Positions 28,884-38,937 of a stretch of DNA of 64,000 nucleotides are shown here, piece by piece. The stretch is from Spirochaetaceae bacterium (GTDB taxonomy: Bacteria > Spirochaetota > Spirochaetia > DSM-2461). Below the pieces are notes generated by a model, which made no database searches, was not told where the DNA came from, and saw only the letters and a program-made list of their open reading frames with translations. Within the stretch, counting starts at the first letter, position 1, and each line of letters starts with the position of its first letter. The DNA lies in NCBI GenBank assembly GCA_051531975.1, contig JAOPTT010000013.1, forward strand, positions 128,001 to 192,000, in the 5' to 3' direction. Made by a program: the position numbers and the translations under genes.

Positions 28884-30445
28884 AAAGATATATTTTAGGT
28901 TTAGCATTTTTAGTATTAACATCACTTATACATGGAGAAAGTAGATACTATAGGAAAATAATTATAGATAAAGATTATAAAATTCAGGGGCGTTTTGAAG
29001 TTGATAAAAAAGATTCTGAATCTATAAATTGTTACGAAATTGAGTTTGTTAATAGTCAAGTTGTATCTGTAGAATTTTTGCGAAGTGGTTATTCTATTAG
29101 TGATCCTTTTTTTGGTGTAATAAAAATTAATGTCTATTATGAAGATCAGTTTATTAAGTGGGAATTTACCGATGGTAAAGGTGGCCGAGTAAGTAATGAT
29201 AACTCTATTTTTAGCTACAGAATAAAATATAATGATTTAGGGCAACCATCTTCAGTGTTTTATTATGATCATCTAGGACAGCTTGTTAAAGGTTTAGATA
29301 GAATTGCTGCAGTTCATTTTGTTTACTCAAATAATTCAAGACAAGAATTTGCCTTTAACCAAAAAGGTAGTCAGGTCTCCTTTGATGATGGTGTTATGGG
29401 TAGAAAGGCTAGTTTTGATGAGGTTGGTAATTTAATGTCTATAGGATTTCTAGATGCCCAGGGTAATAAAACAACTTGTTTAAATGAAGAGTATTCACTT
29501 GTTAAGTATAAATATGATGAGTATGGAAATCAGAAAGAAGAATCGTTTTATGATAAATTAGGGAATGCAACCTCAAATAATAGAGGCGTTTCAATAATAA
29601 ATAAAAAATGGGACAATAATGGAAATCTTATTGAGATTCAGAACAATAATGATAAAAACTTACTAATATCAAATGGAGAAGAAAGCTCTGTTATAAAGTG
29701 GGAATATGATCGAAAAGGTAATAAAATAAAACAATCTCACCTCGATGAGAATTTAAAACCAATAATGGATTTAATGAATGTCTCAGTTTATGAATGGACA
29801 CATTACGAGCAAGGTAATGAGTTAGAACAGAGGAATTATGATCAGTTAGGAAAATTAACTTTAGACGAAGATGGATTTGCTTCCTACCGTTGGATATACG
29901 ATGATAGAGGTAATATCCTTGAAGCTAAATATTATAATGAGTTAGATAAGTTGAAAGCAAACCCATGGGGGATAGCAAAATATAGATGGACATATGACTT
30001 TATAGGAAGGAAGGTTGAAGCCTCTCATTTTGGAAGTTATGATGAAATTATTCCTAATGAGAATGGCGTTTCAATTGTTAGTTATAGCTATGATAATAAC
30101 GGTAATTTATCTATTAAACAAAATAAAGACAGTGATTCTAGATTAGTTAATGATAAAAATGGAATTTCCCAATATAAGTATAAATATAATAGTGATAATG
30201 TATTAACTGAGATTAGCCAATTTGGTAGGTTTGATCAGTTGAAAGCAGATCTTGATTTTGTTGCCATTTATCAGAGAAAGTATGATACAATGGGGAACCT
30301 TATTGAAGAACGGTATCTAGGAATAGATGAAAAGTTAGTAGAAAATAGGGAAGGAACAGCTCTTTTACGACAGAAATTTTTAAGAGATGGTTCTCAGATA
30401 GAGTTTAAAAAATATAGTAGAAATAGAATTATTATAAGCGAATAG
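28880..30445 (+). CDS. Secreted YD-like repeat protein (32-aa period)
   Basis: Signal peptide; roughly a dozen units of xWxYDxxGNxxExxxxDxxxxLxxxxxG. Confidence 0.75.
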   Translation: MKRYILGLAFLVLTSLIHGESRYYRKIIIDKDYKIQGRFEVDKKDSESINCYEIEFVNSQVVSVEFLRSGYSISDPFFGVIKINVYYEDQFIKWEFTDGKGGRVSNDNSIFSYRIKYNDLGQPSSVFYYDHLGQLVKGLDRIAAVHFVYSNNSRQEFAFNQKGSQVSFDDGVMGRKASFDEVGNLMSIGFLDAQGNKTTCLNEEYSLVKYKYDEYGNQKEESFYDKLGNATSNNRGVSIINKKWDNNGNLIEIQNNNDKNLLISNGEESSVIKWEYDRKGNKIKQSHLDENLKPIMDLMNVSVYEWTHYEQGNELEQRNYDQLGKLTLDEDGFASYRWIYDDRGNILEAKYYNELDKLKANPWGIAKYRWTYDFIGRKVEASHFGSYDEIIPNENGVSIVSYSYDNNGNLSIKQNKDSDSRLVNDKNGISQYKYKYNSDNVLTEISQFGRFDQLKADLDFVAIYQRKYDTMGNLIEERYLGIDEKLVENREGTALLRQKFLRDGSQIEFKKYSRNRIIISE

Positions 30446-30472
30446 TATTATAATGAATAAGGAAGAGAAATA

Positions 30473-30673
30473 ATGGATAAATGTGAATTTTTTGAAACAT
30501 GTTTTTTTGCCCAAAATGTAGAAAATACAGAGTTAAAAGAATCTTATTGTAACAACAACCCCTTAAGGTGTGCTAGGTTTATGATCTATCAAGGTTTAGA
30601 TGAAAGTAGTGTTCCAGGGGATTTAATGCCAGATGAGAAAATGAAGGCATATGAAATATTAGCAAATAACTAA
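30473..30673 (+). CDS. Small 4-Cys protein (putative metal-binding)
   Basis: C-x5-C...YC-x6-CAR...PGDLMP; SD AAGGA. Confidence 0.6.
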   Translation: MDKCEFFETCFFAQNVENTELKESYCNNNPLRCARFMIYQGLDESSVPGDLMPDEKMKAYEILANN

Positions 30674-30690
30674 CATATTAGGAGACCATT

Positions 30691-32613
30691 GTGTACAAAA
30701 GTTTAATTGATATCCCGAGGGAAATACAAAAAAAATATCCTGAAAGAGTATCTCATCGATATAGATCTGGAAATGTTTTTGAGGATAAAACATATACACA
30801 ATTTGTTAATGATATTGAATTATTAACTTTGGGTCTTTATGAGTTTGGAATTAAAGACCAGGACCATGTATCTTTTTTTGTAAATAATAGATACGAGTGG
30901 GCATTAACAGATTTTGCTTTGCAGAGTTTATCTGCTATTTCTGTCCCACGAGGGTCTGATACTACAGCAGTAGAGGCTGAGTTTATATTTAATCATTCTG
31001 ATTCTAAATATATCATTTTTGAAACATTAAAACAGGTTGATGAAAATCCAGAAATTGCTAAAAAATCTGAAAAGATATTTGTAGTTGATAGAAGTGACTT
31101 TGTATCAAATGAATTTGAAAATAAAATAACTTTCTATGACTCTTTATTTGAAGCTGGTAAAAAAATATTATCTGAAAATAGTACACTTTATAGTGATTTA
31201 ATAGATAAGGTTAAGTTAGAAAATATTGTATCAATAATTTATACTTCTGGAACTACTGGAAATCCAAAAGGAGTTGTTTTAACCCAGAATAACTTTATTG
31301 AAAATGTTTATCAGACAGCTGAAAGGTTGGATATTGACGAAAAAGTAGGTGAGGTTACTGTTACGATACTTCCATCGTGGCATGTATTTGAAAGAACTTT
31401 TGAATATAACGGTTTAAGTAGAGGAATATCTTTTGTCTACTCTTCCCTAAGAAATTTCTCTGAAGATATTGTTAGGAAAAAACCACATCTCTTGGCTTCT
31501 GTTCCTAGATTATGGGACTCAATATATACGAAGATGAATACGTTTATGAAAACTCAACCTAAACTTAGAAGAGGAATTTTTTATAACTTAGTTAAAGTTA
31601 ATTCTGCATATAAAGATATGATCTCATATATTCATAAGAGTTATATTTTATATGATAAAGAATTTGCACTTAAAAGGTTTTTTAAGATTATTCTAAAAAT
31701 GTTTGGTATATGCTTTTTGTTTCCTCTGCATCTTTTTGCTGAACAGCTTTTTAAAGGTGTAAGAGCTAAGGTTGGAGGACGGTTAAGATGTGCCGTTTCT
31801 GGTGGAGGATCACTTCCTTTGGCCATTGATCGTTTTTACACATCTGTTGGTATTACTGTATTAAATGCATATGGTATGACTGAGTGTTCACCAGGAATAT
31901 GTAGCCGGATAGTTAAAAGAAATACATTAGGTTCTGTTGGAGTACCATTTTCTAAAACTGAAATAAAAATATTAGACGATGATAATAATATTGTTAAAAG
32001 AGGCGATAAAGGAACTTTATATCTAAGAGGGCCACAAGTTATGACAGGATATTATAAGAATCCTGAAGCTACCTCTGAAATTCTTAGCGACGATGGATGG
32101 TTATGCTCCGGGGATTTAGCAAAAGAGACTGTGTTTGGAGACTTTGTTTTAGTTGGTAGGAGTAAAGATACCATTGTTCTTCTTGGCGGGGAAAACATAG
32201 ACCCTCTATCAATAGAAGATAAAATCCAAGAGAGTGAAATGGTTGATCATGTTATGTTATTAGGGCAGGACAAAAAGGGACTTACTGCTTTTATAGCTTT
32301 AAATGAAGATGCTCTAATGGCATTTGCTAAAGATGTTAAAATAAAAATTACAGATATCTTCTCTGGTAATCAAGAAAAAGAATCATCTGATGAATATAAA
32401 ATTTTAGAAAAAAAGATTAAGGATGAACTTGATAAGAAAATAACTAAAGAGACAGGGTTTAAACCTTTTGAACGTATTACTCAGGTTATCTTAGTAAAGA
32501 ATACCTTTAAAATTGGAAGAGAACTTACACAAACTCTTAAGATTAAAAGAAAACAGATCGAGAAGACTTATCATTCTATAATATCAAAATTTATGGATGA
32601 TTCTGGGAAATAG
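30691..32613 (+). CDS. Long-chain fatty acid--CoA ligase (AMP-dependent synthetase)
   Basis: IIYTSGTTGNPKGV, LPSWHVFE, YGMTE, SGDL, GRSKD; GTG start with SD AGGAG. Confidence 0.95.
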   Translation: MYKSLIDIPREIQKKYPERVSHRYRSGNVFEDKTYTQFVNDIELLTLGLYEFGIKDQDHVSFFVNNRYEWALTDFALQSLSAISVPRGSDTTAVEAEFIFNHSDSKYIIFETLKQVDENPEIAKKSEKIFVVDRSDFVSNEFENKITFYDSLFEAGKKILSENSTLYSDLIDKVKLENIVSIIYTSGTTGNPKGVVLTQNNFIENVYQTAERLDIDEKVGEVTVTILPSWHVFERTFEYNGLSRGISFVYSSLRNFSEDIVRKKPHLLASVPRLWDSIYTKMNTFMKTQPKLRRGIFYNLVKVNSAYKDMISYIHKSYILYDKEFALKRFFKIILKMFGICFLFPLHLFAEQLFKGVRAKVGGRLRCAVSGGGSLPLAIDRFYTSVGITVLNAYGMTECSPGICSRIVKRNTLGSVGVPFSKTEIKILDDDNNIVKRGDKGTLYLRGPQVMTGYYKNPEATSEILSDDGWLCSGDLAKETVFGDFVLVGRSKDTIVLLGGENIDPLSIEDKIQESEMVDHVMLLGQDKKGLTAFIALNEDALMAFAKDVKIKITDIFSGNQEKESSDEYKILEKKIKDELDKKITKETGFKPFERITQVILVKNTFKIGRELTQTLKIKRKQIEKTYHSIISKFMDDSGK

Positions 32614-32847
32614 ATGTTTGAGACTTGGATAAGGAAGCAAGAAAAAGAAATTCAGTTAGATGTATTTAGTAGAATATCACATCATTTATCAAATACTGAA
32701 TTAGTTGCTGTTATGAATAGTGTTAGTTCAGGTAGAGATTTAGTAGATATACATATTGAGATGGGGCTACTTGCTAAATATAGAGTAGACCTTTTTAGAA
32801 TACGACAAGTTGTCACTGAATTTTTTCCTGAAAAGGTTATTGGCTAG
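32614..32847 (+). CDS. Small hypothetical protein
   Basis: 77-aa ORF abutting the stop codon of the ligase gene. Confidence 0.5.
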   Translation: MFETWIRKQEKEIQLDVFSRISHHLSNTELVAVMNSVSSGRDLVDIHIEMGLLAKYRVDLFRIRQVVTEFFPEKVIG

Positions 32848-34301
32848 TTAGAGTTTTTCATTTTAAAAAACTCTTTCATGGCCTTAGGAATACTTTTTAG
32901 TATATCTGAAGATGTGGCTCCAATTGTGCCAATCTCCTCTTCACATATTTTACCCGATAACCCATGTATGTAAACTCCAGCTTTTACAGCGTTTATTAGG
33001 TCAGTAAATCCAGTTAACCCTGATATTATTCCACATAATATATCTCCTGACCCTGCTGTTGCTAGAGTTACAGACGAGCAATTATTTATAAATACTTCAC
33101 CGTTTGGTATCGCTATAACGGTAAATACTCCTTTAAGCACAACTATGCAGTTATATTGTTTAGAAAAATCTGAAGAATATTTAATTCTATTTTTTTCTAC
33201 TTCATTTATTGTTTTACCTACTAATTTAGCCATCTCCCCAGGATGTGGTGTAATTACAAAAAGGTTAGTCATTCTATTTAATAATCTGATTTCTTTAGAT
33301 ACTAATGTGAGTCCATCTGCATCTAATATTAGATTTGATGGGTTAAAATTCAGAGTTATATCTAATAATTTTTTACCTCTTTCATCTAATCCAACACCTG
33401 GACCAAAAATTACAGATGTAGAGTCTGATAAACTTTTTTGTATATCTTCCTCTACTGTGTATATCACTTCAGGGGCAAAAGTTGCACATACTGATGCTAT
33501 ACTATCAGGGGTTATCAACCTTGAGTATCCAGAACCAACTAATAATGAGGATTTTGCTGCAAAATAAGCAGCACCATAGTACTTTTTTGAACCAGCTATG
33601 GTTAGATTCTTCCCCTGGGAGCATTTGTGGGCATCGTAGGCCTTCTCTAATAGTTTATTTGGGTTATTTATTATTGGAGTAGTAAACTCATTGATAAACT
33701 CCGATGCTACAGAAATAGGAGATACAATAATCTCTCCACAATAAGATGCACCTGGGAATTGGTATTGTCCCAACTTTAATGCTAAAAAAGTAACAGTTAT
33801 ATCAGCGTTTATAGCTTCGATTCCCCATATTTCACCAGTAAGTCCATCTACTCCTGATGGTATATCTACGCTTAATACGGTTGCTTTAGATTTATTAATA
33901 TTTGTTATTATATCAATAGATTTCTTATCTAAAGTTCTATTGATCCCAATACCAAATAGAGCATCAATAATTAATGTTTTACTATTTAGTATTAAGTCTG
34001 AATCTTTAATAACTTTAATATGATTACATGGAGTATATTTAGGGCGGTTATATAGATCTATTATTTTTACATCCCAACCCTCACTGTCTAAAATCCTTGC
34101 AAGAACTAGTCCATCTTTACCATTATTACCTGGACCGCAAACAACAATAACTGGGTAGTTTGTGAACCTATGACTAATAACTCTAAACATTGCATGGGCT
34201 GCATTTTCCATTAATATATCCTGGGTTAACCCCTGGGTTTTTATAGCTCTTTTTTCAAGTTTTTCTATCTGAGTGGGAGTAAATAATTTTAAAGTTTCCA
34301 T
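32844..34301 (-). CDS. nnr: Bifunctional NAD(P)H-hydrate epimerase/dehydratase
   Basis: LMENAA, CGPGNNGKDG, DALFGIG, SVDIPSG; GPGVG, LDADGL, ITPHPGEM, LATAGSGDIL. Confidence 0.95.
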   Translation of the reverse strand: METLKLFTPTQIEKLEKRAIKTQGLTQDILMENAAHAMFRVISHRFTNYPVIVVCGPGNNGKDGLVLARILDSEGWDVKIIDLYNRPKYTPCNHIKVIKDSDLILNSKTLIIDALFGIGINRTLDKKSIDIITNINKSKATVLSVDIPSGVDGLTGEIWGIEAINADITVTFLALKLGQYQFPGASYCGEIIVSPISVASEFINEFTTPIINNPNKLLEKAYDAHKCSQGKNLTIAGSKKYYGAAYFAAKSSLLVGSGYSRLITPDSIASVCATFAPEVIYTVEEDIQKSLSDSTSVIFGPGVGLDERGKKLLDITLNFNPSNLILDADGLTLVSKEIRLLNRMTNLFVITPHPGEMAKLVGKTINEVEKNRIKYSSDFSKQYNCIVVLKGVFTVIAIPNGEVFINNCSSVTLATAGSGDILCGIISGLTGFTDLINAVKAGVYIHGLSGKICEEEIGTIGATSSDILKSIPKAMKEFFKMKNSN

Positions 34302-34975
34302 GCCATACCAAAAGAGTCAAAAAGTTCAGCTGCAGTTTTTTTATATTTGTTATCATATCTCATGTAGTTATTTATTGGCCTTTTTTCATGGGGTCTGTAT
34401 AAGTTCATTTTTTCTTTTCTTATACTACCTAAATAAGTATTGTTGTGAACATATTCAATGTTACCATCTTTATCCGCCGATACAACTATACCAATATGTG
34501 ACAGTGGGTTATTTCCCCATGAACCATAAGTATTGTTCCAGAATATCAAATCCCCAGGGTTTGGTACTTTTCTAGTATGAAGGAGGTTTTTTTTACTCAT
34601 AACTGTATATAGTCGTCTTACACCATTTCCACTTTCAGTTGAAATCTCAGCTAGAAGGTCTATACCTGCGGACCAAAATATACCATAAATTAAACCTGAG
34701 CAATCATTACTAAATTTTTTGTCGTGAAATAACAGAGTATCATTATAGTTAAAATTAATAGATTCTAATGCTGCCTCTACTACTTTCTGTTGTTTGCCTT
34801 TTAGATTATTAGTAATAACAGGGTTGCTTCTAATCGTATCAGTATTGCTTTCATCGGTATGTGTTGAGCTTTCTTTAATCATTTGAATAGACATACAAGA
34901 TGCCATTAAAAAGACAAGAACTGTTAGAGATAATAATTTAGTTACTGTATAACTCTTTATATTCATAAACTGCAT
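34289..34975 (-). CDS. NlpC/P60 (CHAP-like) cell-wall peptidase lipoprotein
   Basis: Lipobox MASC; DCSGLI catalytic Cys, PGDLIFW, HIGIV, second His. Confidence 0.85.
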   Translation of the reverse strand: MQFMNIKSYTVTKLLSLTVLVFLMASCMSIQMIKESSTHTDESNTDTIRSNPVITNNLKGKQQKVVEAALESINFNYNDTLLFHDKKFSNDCSGLIYGIFWSAGIDLLAEISTESGNGVRRLYTVMSKKNLLHTRKVPNPGDLIFWNNTYGSWGNNPLSHIGIVVSADKDGNIEYVHNNTYLGSIRKEKMNLYRPHEKRPINNYMRYDNKYKKTAAELFDSFGMAWKL

Positions 34976-35387
34976 ACCAATCTAATTTTAAGCTTTTTGT
35001 TAGAATTCGTCCAATTAATTGGACAAAAGTAGGTAGAATTAAAATAAAACCTATAAAGCTACTAATAATTCCAGGAAATATTATTAAAAAAGAGCAGAAA
35101 AATAGTCCAGTAATCTTATAGAACTCATTTTCTGGAAATACACCAATATCATGTTTGTCTTCCAATCTAGAAATCGTTCTTTTCAGCAGTTTAATTACGA
35201 TCATTACACCGAATAGACTTAATGAAGCTATTACTGCAAGATAAAGATATATACCTACCATTTTTCCTAAAATGAAAAGGGCGAAAAAGTCAAAAATTGT
35301 AATTAAAGACAAAAATAAAATAGTGTATATATATCTGGAAATATTATCACGGTTTAATAATTTTAAAAGAAATTCTGTACTTAGCAT
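34938..35387 (-). CDS. fxsA: FxsA-family membrane protein
   Basis: Hydrophobic; LIIFPGIISSFIGFILILP matches the FxsA PG motif. Confidence 0.7.
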   Translation of the reverse strand: MLSTEFLLKLLNRDNISRYIYTILFLSLITIFDFFALFILGKMVGIYLYLAVIASLSLFGVMIVIKLLKRTISRLEDKHDIGVFPENEFYKITGLFFCSFLIIFPGIISSFIGFILILPTFVQLIGRILTKSLKLDWYAVYEYKELYSN

Positions 35388-35431
35388 TTATATAAATTAA
35401 CAGAATTATCAATAATCAGCAATATCTTTAT

Positions 35432-36202
35432 CTACGTCTCTTTTTTTAATTCCCAATTATTTTTTTCTAACAGTATCATCTGTACAGCTCCTAGAGCAAA
35501 AGTTGTAGCTGTTTCAGCTCGTAATATATTACTACCAAGAAGTGTTGGAGAAAAATTATGTCTTTGAAGAAGTTTTACCTCTTTTGTTGATAAGCCACCT
35601 TCTGGACCAATAACAAGAATAACTCTGTTTTCTGCCATAAACAGAGAGTTATGTAATGTTTTATTCTCTAATGGAATTTGATGAAAAAATAGTCCTGTAA
35701 ATTTTGTATCTTCTGTATCTAGTTTTATTAAAGCTTCATCAAAAGTTTGTATTGGTTCAATTTTTGTTATATTTTTTGTACCACTTTGTTGAGTAGCTTC
35801 TTTAACTATTTTTTCCCATCGTTCTCTTTTTTTCTTTTTATCTTCAGCTGTTTTAAAGACTGGAATACTGTGCTCTGCCATAATTGGGACAAATGATGTT
35901 ACACCAATTTCAACTGCTTGTCTTATCATTAAGTCTATTTTTTTACCTTTTGGGATTGATTGAAATAGTATTAATTGGTTAATAACTTTAGCTGAGTCCT
36001 CTTTTTTTACTAATTCTAGATTACATTTTTCTGATACTGTTGAGATTATTGTTCCACAATACCTATTTTCATGTTGATCCATTATATCCAAAGAGTAACC
36101 AATGCTTTTTCTCTGAACTCTAAGTAGATAGTGGCTATCTTCTTCTGAAAGTGTAAAAAACTTTTCTCCATTGTACTCTTTAGGTAGTATTAGTTGTTTC
36201 AT
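35432..36202 (-). CDS. rsmE: 16S rRNA m3U1498 methyltransferase
   Basis: HYLLRV, AVEIGV, EATQQS, IGPEGGLS, LGSNILRAETA. Confidence 0.96.
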   Translation of the reverse strand: MKQLILPKEYNGEKFFTLSEEDSHYLLRVQRKSIGYSLDIMDQHENRYCGTIISTVSEKCNLELVKKEDSAKVINQLILFQSIPKGKKIDLMIRQAVEIGVTSFVPIMAEHSIPVFKTAEDKKKKRERWEKIVKEATQQSGTKNITKIEPIQTFDEALIKLDTEDTKFTGLFFHQIPLENKTLHNSLFMAENRVILVIGPEGGLSTKEVKLLQRHNFSPTLLGSNILRAETATTFALGAVQMILLEKNNWELKKET

Positions 36203-36203
36203 G

Positions 36204-37658
36204 TTAATTTAAAACCTCAAGAGCTTTAATTAGGGGCTGATCATTATTAATGTCGTATATTGGAGGATTCTCTAGGTATCTGTTTGCCCTAACTCTAATT
36301 TCATAAATTAAAAAATCCTTAGGAAGAATATATCCCTGTTTTATAATAGAGTCAGCTAATGCTATAATCATCTCTTCAGAAATGTTTTTTTCATTAAGTA
36401 TGAAGTTTCCAATTATTCTCTCATCTAATAGTTTAATATAATCAAGAACTTCATCTTCTGTTAAACTTGCTAATGTTGTTTCTTGAACCTCTATATCTGG
36501 CTCTATACCTTGTTTATCAATAGTTACACCATTTGGAGAGTAGAATCTAGCAACAGTCATTTTAAAACCTCCATCACCAAAGTATCTCATCTGTTGTACA
36601 GAACCTTTTCCAAATGATTTTGTTCCAATTACAGTTCCACGTTCTCTATCTTTAATTGCCCCTGTAAGTATTTCAGAAGCTGATGCAGACCCGTTATTAA
36701 TAAGTATAACCAGAGGTAAATCTTCAGGAATTATAATATCAGGATTTGCAATAAAGTCTTCATTTTCATCTTCAATTCTTGATTTTGTTGAGACAATTAT
36801 ACCTCCTGAGAATATAAAATCAGCAATATCGTTTACTGAATTTAATAAACCTCCAGGATTATTTCTAACATCAAATATAATTCCTTTTATATTTTGTGAG
36901 TTGAAATCGTTTAATACATCTTCTATCTGGGTTGCTGAATGGTGAGTGAATTGAGAAATCTTCAGGTATCCAATATCGTCAATAATTGCACTTTTAATAG
37001 TTGGAATTTCAATAACTGCTCTAGTTATTGTCACATCAAAATTTATACTTCTATCTCTTAGTATTGAGATTGTTACATCTGTTCCTGGCTTTCCTCTTAA
37101 TCGATCTAGAACATCGTCAGAAGTTAAATCAATTGTGGATTCTTCTTCTATATGAGTAATGTAGTCTCCTGCTTTTAGTCCTTTTTTATATGCTGGAGTC
37201 CCATGAATTGGAGATATAATTTTTACATATGGTAATTCTTGACTTTTTGTCTCAGTATTTAGTCCAACAATCTGTTTTTGAATATGTATTCCTAGTCCAC
37301 CAAATTCTCCTTCTGTTGTATCAGTAAGGTCCAAAAGTTGAGATTTACTTAAATATGTTGAGTGTGGATCACCTAAACTATTAAATAATCCAGTCATTGC
37401 ACCTTCAAATAGCTGGTCTGGAGAGACCTCATCGACATAATTAGATAAAATATATTGGAAAACACTTTGAAACATAGCTGCATATTCACTGTTTGTAATT
37501 TTAATTTCCTGAATCTTTTCAATAGGCTGTTGTGGTTCTGTGGTATCTATCTCAATTTCATTATTTGTAGTAGATGAGATTGGTGTTGTTATTGTGAATA
37601 AAAGAATGATTATAAAGACTTTTATTGTAGGTATATTGTTTCTTTTCTTTTTTAACAT
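36204..37658 (-). CDS. ctpA: S41 carboxyl-terminal processing protease
   Basis: LGDPHS, FGGLGI (PDZ), DVRNNPGGLL, SASASEI, SFGKGSVQ. Confidence 0.95.
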   Translation of the reverse strand: MLKKKRNNIPTIKVFIIILLFTITTPISSTTNNEIEIDTTEPQQPIEKIQEIKITNSEYAAMFQSVFQYILSNYVDEVSPDQLFEGAMTGLFNSLGDPHSTYLSKSQLLDLTDTTEGEFGGLGIHIQKQIVGLNTETKSQELPYVKIISPIHGTPAYKKGLKAGDYITHIEEESTIDLTSDDVLDRLRGKPGTDVTISILRDRSINFDVTITRAVIEIPTIKSAIIDDIGYLKISQFTHHSATQIEDVLNDFNSQNIKGIIFDVRNNPGGLLNSVNDIADFIFSGGIIVSTKSRIEDENEDFIANPDIIIPEDLPLVILINNGSASASEILTGAIKDRERGTVIGTKSFGKGSVQQMRYFGDGGFKMTVARFYSPNGVTIDKQGIEPDIEVQETTLASLTEDEVLDYIKLLDERIIGNFILNEKNISEEMIIALADSIIKQGYILPKDFLIYEIRVRANRYLENPPIYDINNDQPLIKALEVLN

Positions 37659-37788
37659 GATTTTACTTCCTTATGTATAATAATTGAAATTGAAAGACAT
37701 CTTGTCAATTACATATTATAAAATATGTATTCTTTTCTTATTTTATATAATGTCATATACTGTAAATCACAATATCTAGGAGGTTTTA

Positions 37789-38931
37789 ATGCATATAATA
37801 CCCATAGCCAGTGGAAAAGGTGGAGTAGGTAAGTCTTTAGTGGCTGCAAACCTTTCGATTGCATTAGCACAAACAGGTCGAAAAATTGTAATTGTAGACC
37901 TTGATCTTGGTGGTTCAAATCTTCATGTGATATTAGGGCAAATGGGTTCATTAAAAGGTATTGGAACCTATATGACTAATCCTGAATTAACTTTCGATGA
38001 TATTATTTTAGAAACATCATATAAAAATCTTAGCTTTATTGCAGGAGAAGCAGAAGTTCCTGGTATGGCAAACTTAAAAGTCTCACAGAAAAAAAAGATT
38101 ATATCAAAACTTCTTAAAATTGAAGCTGATTATTTAATTATCGACTTAGGTGCTGGTACTTCATTGGACATTATGGATTTCTTTTTAATGTCAGGGCGAG
38201 GGTTAATAGTGACCAGTCCTACTTTAACAGCAAATCTGAACGCTTATTTGTTTTTGAAAAATGTCTCATTTAGAGTTCTTCATAACTGTTTTCCTCCTAA
38301 AAGTGCTGGAGGCAAGTATTTAACTCAACTAAAAAAAGATGGTCACTCTATGCAACGGGTTTATATTCCTAAATTAGTAGAGCAGTTAGAAAAGATTGAT
38401 CCTGAAAATTGTGAAATATATAGAAATAAAATTGTAGGTCTAAGACCTCGATTGATACTAAATATGATGGAAGAACCTAAGGATGCATCAAAAGCTTCAA
38501 AGCTTAGACTATCTTCTAGAGAATATTTAGGATTAGATATGGAGCATCTTGGTGTTATATATAGAGATGATGTACAAATAAAAGCTTTAAATTCTAGGCT
38601 ACCTGTAATAAAATATAAACCAGGGTCAGTTCTTAGTCAGGCAATTTACAGAATTGCCGATAAATTAATTGAAGAAGAGGATTTAGAAGACGATACTATA
38701 TTTAGTAATGATCTTGATAATAGTTATAAAGAGGCTGAATTAGAGGCTGAAACTGATTTTGAGTCAAGAATGGAGTTTTTAGGTGATCTGCTTTATACAG
38801 AAAATTTATCTGTAAGTGATTTGATAGAAACTGTTAAATCACAGCAGTATGAAATTAGTCAGTTAAAAAAAGAAAATAATTTATTAAAGAGTAAATTAGT
38901 TAAATTTTTAAAAAATGGAAATGTAATTTAG
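37789..38931 (+). CDS. MinD/FlhG-like P-loop ATPase with acidic/coiled-coil C-terminal extension
   Basis: IASGKGGVGKS, VDLDLGGSNL, IIDLGAG; SD AGGAGG. Confidence 0.85.
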   Translation: MHIIPIASGKGGVGKSLVAANLSIALAQTGRKIVIVDLDLGGSNLHVILGQMGSLKGIGTYMTNPELTFDDIILETSYKNLSFIAGEAEVPGMANLKVSQKKKIISKLLKIEADYLIIDLGAGTSLDIMDFFLMSGRGLIVTSPTLTANLNAYLFLKNVSFRVLHNCFPPKSAGGKYLTQLKKDGHSMQRVYIPKLVEQLEKIDPENCEIYRNKIVGLRPRLILNMMEEPKDASKASKLRLSSREYLGLDMEHLGVIYRDDVQIKALNSRLPVIKYKPGSVLSQAIYRIADKLIEEEDLEDDTIFSNDLDNSYKEAELEAETDFESRMEFLGDLLYTENLSVSDLIETVKSQQYEISQLKKENNLLKSKLVKFLKNGNVI

Positions 38932-38937
38932 GAACGT

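Noticed and set aside
28880..30445. Rhs toxin with downstream immunity gene
   Set aside because: No RHS core cleavage motif or variable C-terminal toxin domain; repeats run to the C-terminus
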